Under the pieces are notes generated by a model, which had not been told where the DNA came from, ran no database searches, and saw only the letters and a program-made list of their open reading frames with translations. The position numbers were made by a program, and so were the translations under genes. A stretch of 64,000 nt of DNA from the human T2T-CHM13v2.0 reference genome, Homo sapiens, in NCBI RefSeq assembly GCF_009914755.1, contig NC_060936.1. One strand, written 5' to 3'. Positions 60,184 through 64,000 of this stretch are shown piece by piece; positions within the stretch are counted from its first letter, which is position 1, and every line of letters starts with the position of its first letter.

Positions 60184-62507
60184 TGATATAGTTGGCTCTG
60201 TGTCTCCACTGAAATCTGATCTCAAAGGGAGGGACATGATGGTTGGTGATTGGATCACGGAAACAGTTTCGCCCATGCTATTCTCATGATAATGAATGAG
60301 TTCTCAAAAGAGCTGGTGATTTTAAAGTGTGGCCCTTCCTCACTATCTCTTACCTGCCACCCTGTAAGACATGCATGACTTGCTTCTCCTTCACCTTCTG
60401 CCATAACTGTAAATTTGCTGAGGCCTCCCAGCCATGTGTAATTGTGAGTCAGTTAAATCTCCTTTCTTTTTAAATTACCCAGTCTCACATAGTATCTTTA
60501 TAGCAGTGTGAAAATGGACTAATACAGAGAATTGGTAACAGGAGTGGGGTACTGCTATATAGATAACTTGAAAATGCGAAAGTTACTTTAGAACTGGAAA
60601 AATAGGCAGAGTTTAGAGGGCTCAGAAGAAGACAGGCATATGTGCAAATGTTTGGAAATACCTAGAGACTTGTTGAATGGTTTTGACCAAAATTCTTATA
60701 GTGATATGGAAAATGAAGTCCAGGTTGAAGTGGTCTCAGATGGAGATAAGGAACTTATTGGGAACCGGAGTAAAGGTCACTCATGCTATGTTTTAGCAAA
60801 CAGACTGGGGGCATTTTGCCCCTGCCATAGAGATCTATGGGATTTTGAACTTGAGAGAGATGATTTAGGGTATCTAACAAAAGAAATTTCTAAGCAGCAA
60901 AGCATTTAAGAGGTGACCTGGTTGATTCTAAAAGTATTAAGTTATATATACTCACAAGGAGATAGTTTGAAATTGGAATTTATGTTTAAAAGGGAAGCAG
61001 AGCATAAATGTTTTAAAACTGTGCAGTCTGACCATGTGGTAGAAAAGAAAAACCTATTTTCTGGGAGGAATTTAAGCCAGCTGCAGAAATTTGCATAAGT
61101 AATGAGGATCTGTATGTTAATAGGTGAGACAATGGGGAAAATGTCTCCAGAGCATTTCAGAGATCTTCATGGGAGCCCATCACATCACAAGCCCAGAGGC
61201 CTACAAGAAAAAAAAAAAATGTCTTGTGGGATAGGCTGAGGGCCTTACACCTCTGTGCAGCCTCAGGACTTGGTGCCCCCATTTCAGCCACTCTAGCTCC
61301 AGCTGTGGCTTAAAGGGGCCAAGGTGTAGCTTAGGCTCTTGCTGCTAAGGTTGCAATTCCCAAGCCTTGGCAGTTTCTATGTGGTGTTGGGCCTGCAGGT
61401 GCACAGAAGACAAGAATTGAACTTTGGGAACCTCCATCTAGATTTCAGAGGATTTATGGAAATGCCTAGATGTCCAGGCAGAAGTCTGCTGCAGGGATGG
61501 AGCCCTTATGGAGAACCTCTGCTAGAGCAGTGAAGAAGGGAAATTCTGAGTTCGAGCCCCCACAGAGTCCCCACTGGGGCACTGGCTAGTGTGAGAAGAG
61601 GGTTACCATCTTCCAGACTCCAGAAAGGTAGATCCACTGACAGCTTGCACAATGTGCCTGGAAAAGCTGCAGGCACTCAACACCAGCCCATGAAAGCAGT
61701 CACAGGGGCTGTACTCTGACAAGCCACAGGGACAGAGCTGCCCATGTTTGTGGGAGTCCACCCCTTTCATCAGCATGCCCTGGATGTGAGACATGGAGTC
61801 AAAGGAGATCATATTGGAGCTTTCAAACTTAATGATTGCCAAGCCAGGTTTTGGACTAGCATGAAGTCTGTGGCCCCCTTGTTTTGGCCAATTTCTTCCT
61901 TTTGGAATGGGAACATTTACTCAATGCCTGTATCTCCAATGTATCTTGGAAGTAACAAACTTGCTTTTGATTTTACAGGCTCATAGGCAGAAGGGGCTTG
62001 CCTTGTATCAAATGAGACTTTGGCTTGAATTTTTGAGTTAATGCTGGAATGAGTTAAGACTTTGGGGGTCTATTGGGAAGGCATGATTGGTTTTGAAATG
62101 TGAAAAGTACATGAGGTTTGGGAGGCTCCAGGGCAGAATCATATGATTTGGCTCTGTATCTTCACCCAAATCCTATCTTGATTTGTAATCCCCATGTGTC
62201 CAAGGAGGGACCTGGTGGGAGTTGACTGGATCATGGGGGTGTTTTTCCCCATGCTGTTCTCATGATAGTAAATGATTTCTCATGAGACCTGAGGGTTTCA
62301 AAGTGTGGCACTTCCCCTGTGCTCTCTGGTCTCTCTCCTGTCACCCTGTAAGACATGCCTTGTTTCCCCTTTACCTTCTGCCATGATTGTAAGTTTCCTG
62401 AGACCTCCCCAGCCATGTCGAACTGTGAGTCAATTAAACCACCTTTCTTTATAAATTACACCATCCCTGGTAGTATCTTTATAGCAGTGTAAAAATGGAC
62501 TAATACA
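60184..62507 (+). mobile_element. Complete THE1D MaLR element (LTR-internal-LTR)
   Basis: 5' LTR 60184-60526, internal 60527-62138, 3' LTR 62139-62507; both end aaaatggactaataca; perfect 5-bp TSD gtagg at 60179-60183 and 62508-62512. Confidence 0.95.
60640..60909 (+). pseudogene. Remnant of the MaLR internal ORF
   Basis: LEIPRDLLNGFDQN...EVVSDGDKELIGN...LERDDLGYL matches the typical THE1/MST internal frame; stops and frameshifts downstream. Confidence 0.75.
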
Positions 62508-62810
62508 GTAGGTTCTGCAACGAGCCTCATTTATTCCTATTATTTGTAGTGTGTATGTTTTATTTTTCTTGGTTAGTGTAGCTAAGGATATATCAATTAT
62601 ATTGCGCTTTTTAAAGAACCAGCTTTTAGCTGTTTTGACTTCTCTATTTCTTTTATGTTTTCAGTTTTATTGATTTCTGCTTTTTTCTGTATTATTTGTT
62701 TCTTTGTGTTTTTAGTTTCTTAAGTAGAAAGTTCAGATCTTTTATATGTGTATGAGTGCATATTTTGTAAAATATTCAAAGTAGTTTCTAATATCCTCTG
62801 ACTTATTCTT

Positions 62811-63008
62811 TTTTAAAAAAAAATTCTAACTTTTACTTTAGGTTCAAGGGTACTTGTGCATGTTTCTTAGGTAGGTAAATTTGTGACTCTGGGGCAAGTG
62901 TACAGGTTATTCTGTCACCTGTATACTAAGCATAGTACCTGACAGTTATTTTTTTCTTCTGGATCTCTTTTTCCTCCCACCCTTCTCCCTCAGGTTGGCC
63001 CCAGTGTA
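62811..63008 (-). mobile_element. Short L1PA15/16-like 3' end
   Basis: ttaggttcaagggtacttgtgc...atactaagcatagtacc...cctcccaccct...ccccagtgt; TSD acttattctt / acttcttctt. Confidence 0.85.
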
Positions 63009-63963
63009 ACTTCTTCTTGAACCCATAGATTATTTTTAAGTGCATTGTCTAATTTTCAAATATTAGACAATTTTCTAGATATCTTTGGTATTTATGTTCC
63101 AAGAACACACTTTTGTATAATTTGAATTTTTCAAATTTGTTTAGGTTTGTTTTATGACTTTTGAATGTTTTATAGATTTGTCAATGTTCCGTGTGTCTTT
63201 GAAAAGAATGTGTATTCCAATGTTGTAGGATGGACTGTACTGTAATCTAACTGACATTCTCTGATCAATTATTATTATACCTTCTTGGCAAATTGATCAA
63301 TTTTTCATTTTAAAGAGAAGCTTTATCTGTTTTTCTTTATCCTGTATAATCTTTCTTTTTCTGAAGTCTCTTTTTTTCGGATACTACGATAGTCATGCCA
63401 ACTTTATCTAGATTGGTTTTTGAATCATATCATTTCCATTACTTTAATTTTAACCTATCTACATTTAAAGTAGGCTTATTGTAAATAACATAAAGGGAGC
63501 GTTCTGTTTTTTAATCTAATTATTCAAGTTCTCTCTCTTAATTGGTATGCCGTTACGTTTGGACTGATGACATTTAATGTAATAATTGTCTAATAGTCTA
63601 TCATTTGTAGAGCTGTATTCTGTTTACTCTTTGTTTCTTTTCCTTCTTTATTAGGTTATTTTTTATTGAATTTTATAATGAAATTATTTTTTCTCTAGTA
63701 TTCACTTATTTATACTTGTTTTACAATTTTGTTAGTAATTTTTGTTTGGTGTACACTATATATCTTTAATTGCATCTTTATAAAATAATATTAAAATGCT
63801 TCAAAATCTCATTCTCATGTTCTGGTGTGTATAACGTCACAAGAGGTCTGCCATACTTATTATTTTTGTTAATTTTTATTTGCTGTGGCCTTGTTCTTTG
63901 TGACTTTCATGGTTTCCTTTTTATTATCAGTTTGGAGAAGTTTAAATATTATTTGTCTAGGGG

Positions 63964-63978
63964 GGTGTGTGTGTGTGT
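63964..63978 (+). repeat. Short (GT)n microsatellite
   Basis: Direct observation. Confidence 0.85.
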
Positions 63979-64000
63979 TGTTTTTGTTTTACTTGGTGTC

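Larger units (their letters stand above)
58380..63900 (-). mobile_element. Old L1M (MD/ME-like) antisense body hosting L1MA, THE1D and L1PA insertions
   Basis: tttagaatcagcttgtcaattctac, aatatgagttggaagtgtt, tttaaagaaccagctttt, cttgaaaagaatgtgtattc-like segments in ORF2 order. Confidence 0.75.

Overview
AT-rich, repeat-dense primate genomic DNA, almost certainly human because it carries a near-consensus AluYb8 (a human-specific subfamily). I can support no cellular protein-coding exon, tRNA, rRNA, CRISPR array or prokaryotic feature; the ORFs in the track are either transposon remnants or short chance frames. The window is dominated by transposable elements: a full-length but disabled L1PA6/7-type LINE-1 (about 4.8-11.2 kb) nested in older L1s, about 15 Alu copies or fragments, solo LTRs (LTR12D/E-like, MER52, MER50, MER9/HML-3, MSTA/THE1D, MLT1), a complete two-LTR THE1D MaLR element, DNA transposon MITEs (MER1B, MER6B-like, Tigger2a, Tigger3b), and MIR/L2 fossils. 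The most notable observations are an open ORF0-like antisense frame in the old L1 5' UTR, a CpG-rich LTR12 with intact NF-Y/GATA promoter architecture, a young AluYb8 forming a close inverted pair with an AluS, a probable short L1 3' transduction, an Alu-monomer/L1 chimera, and a template-switch micro-inversion in an Alu. I found no evidence for a previously undescribed biological system. Subfamily names come from recalled consensus sequences and need RepeatMasker/Dfam confirmation; boundaries of old elements are approximate.
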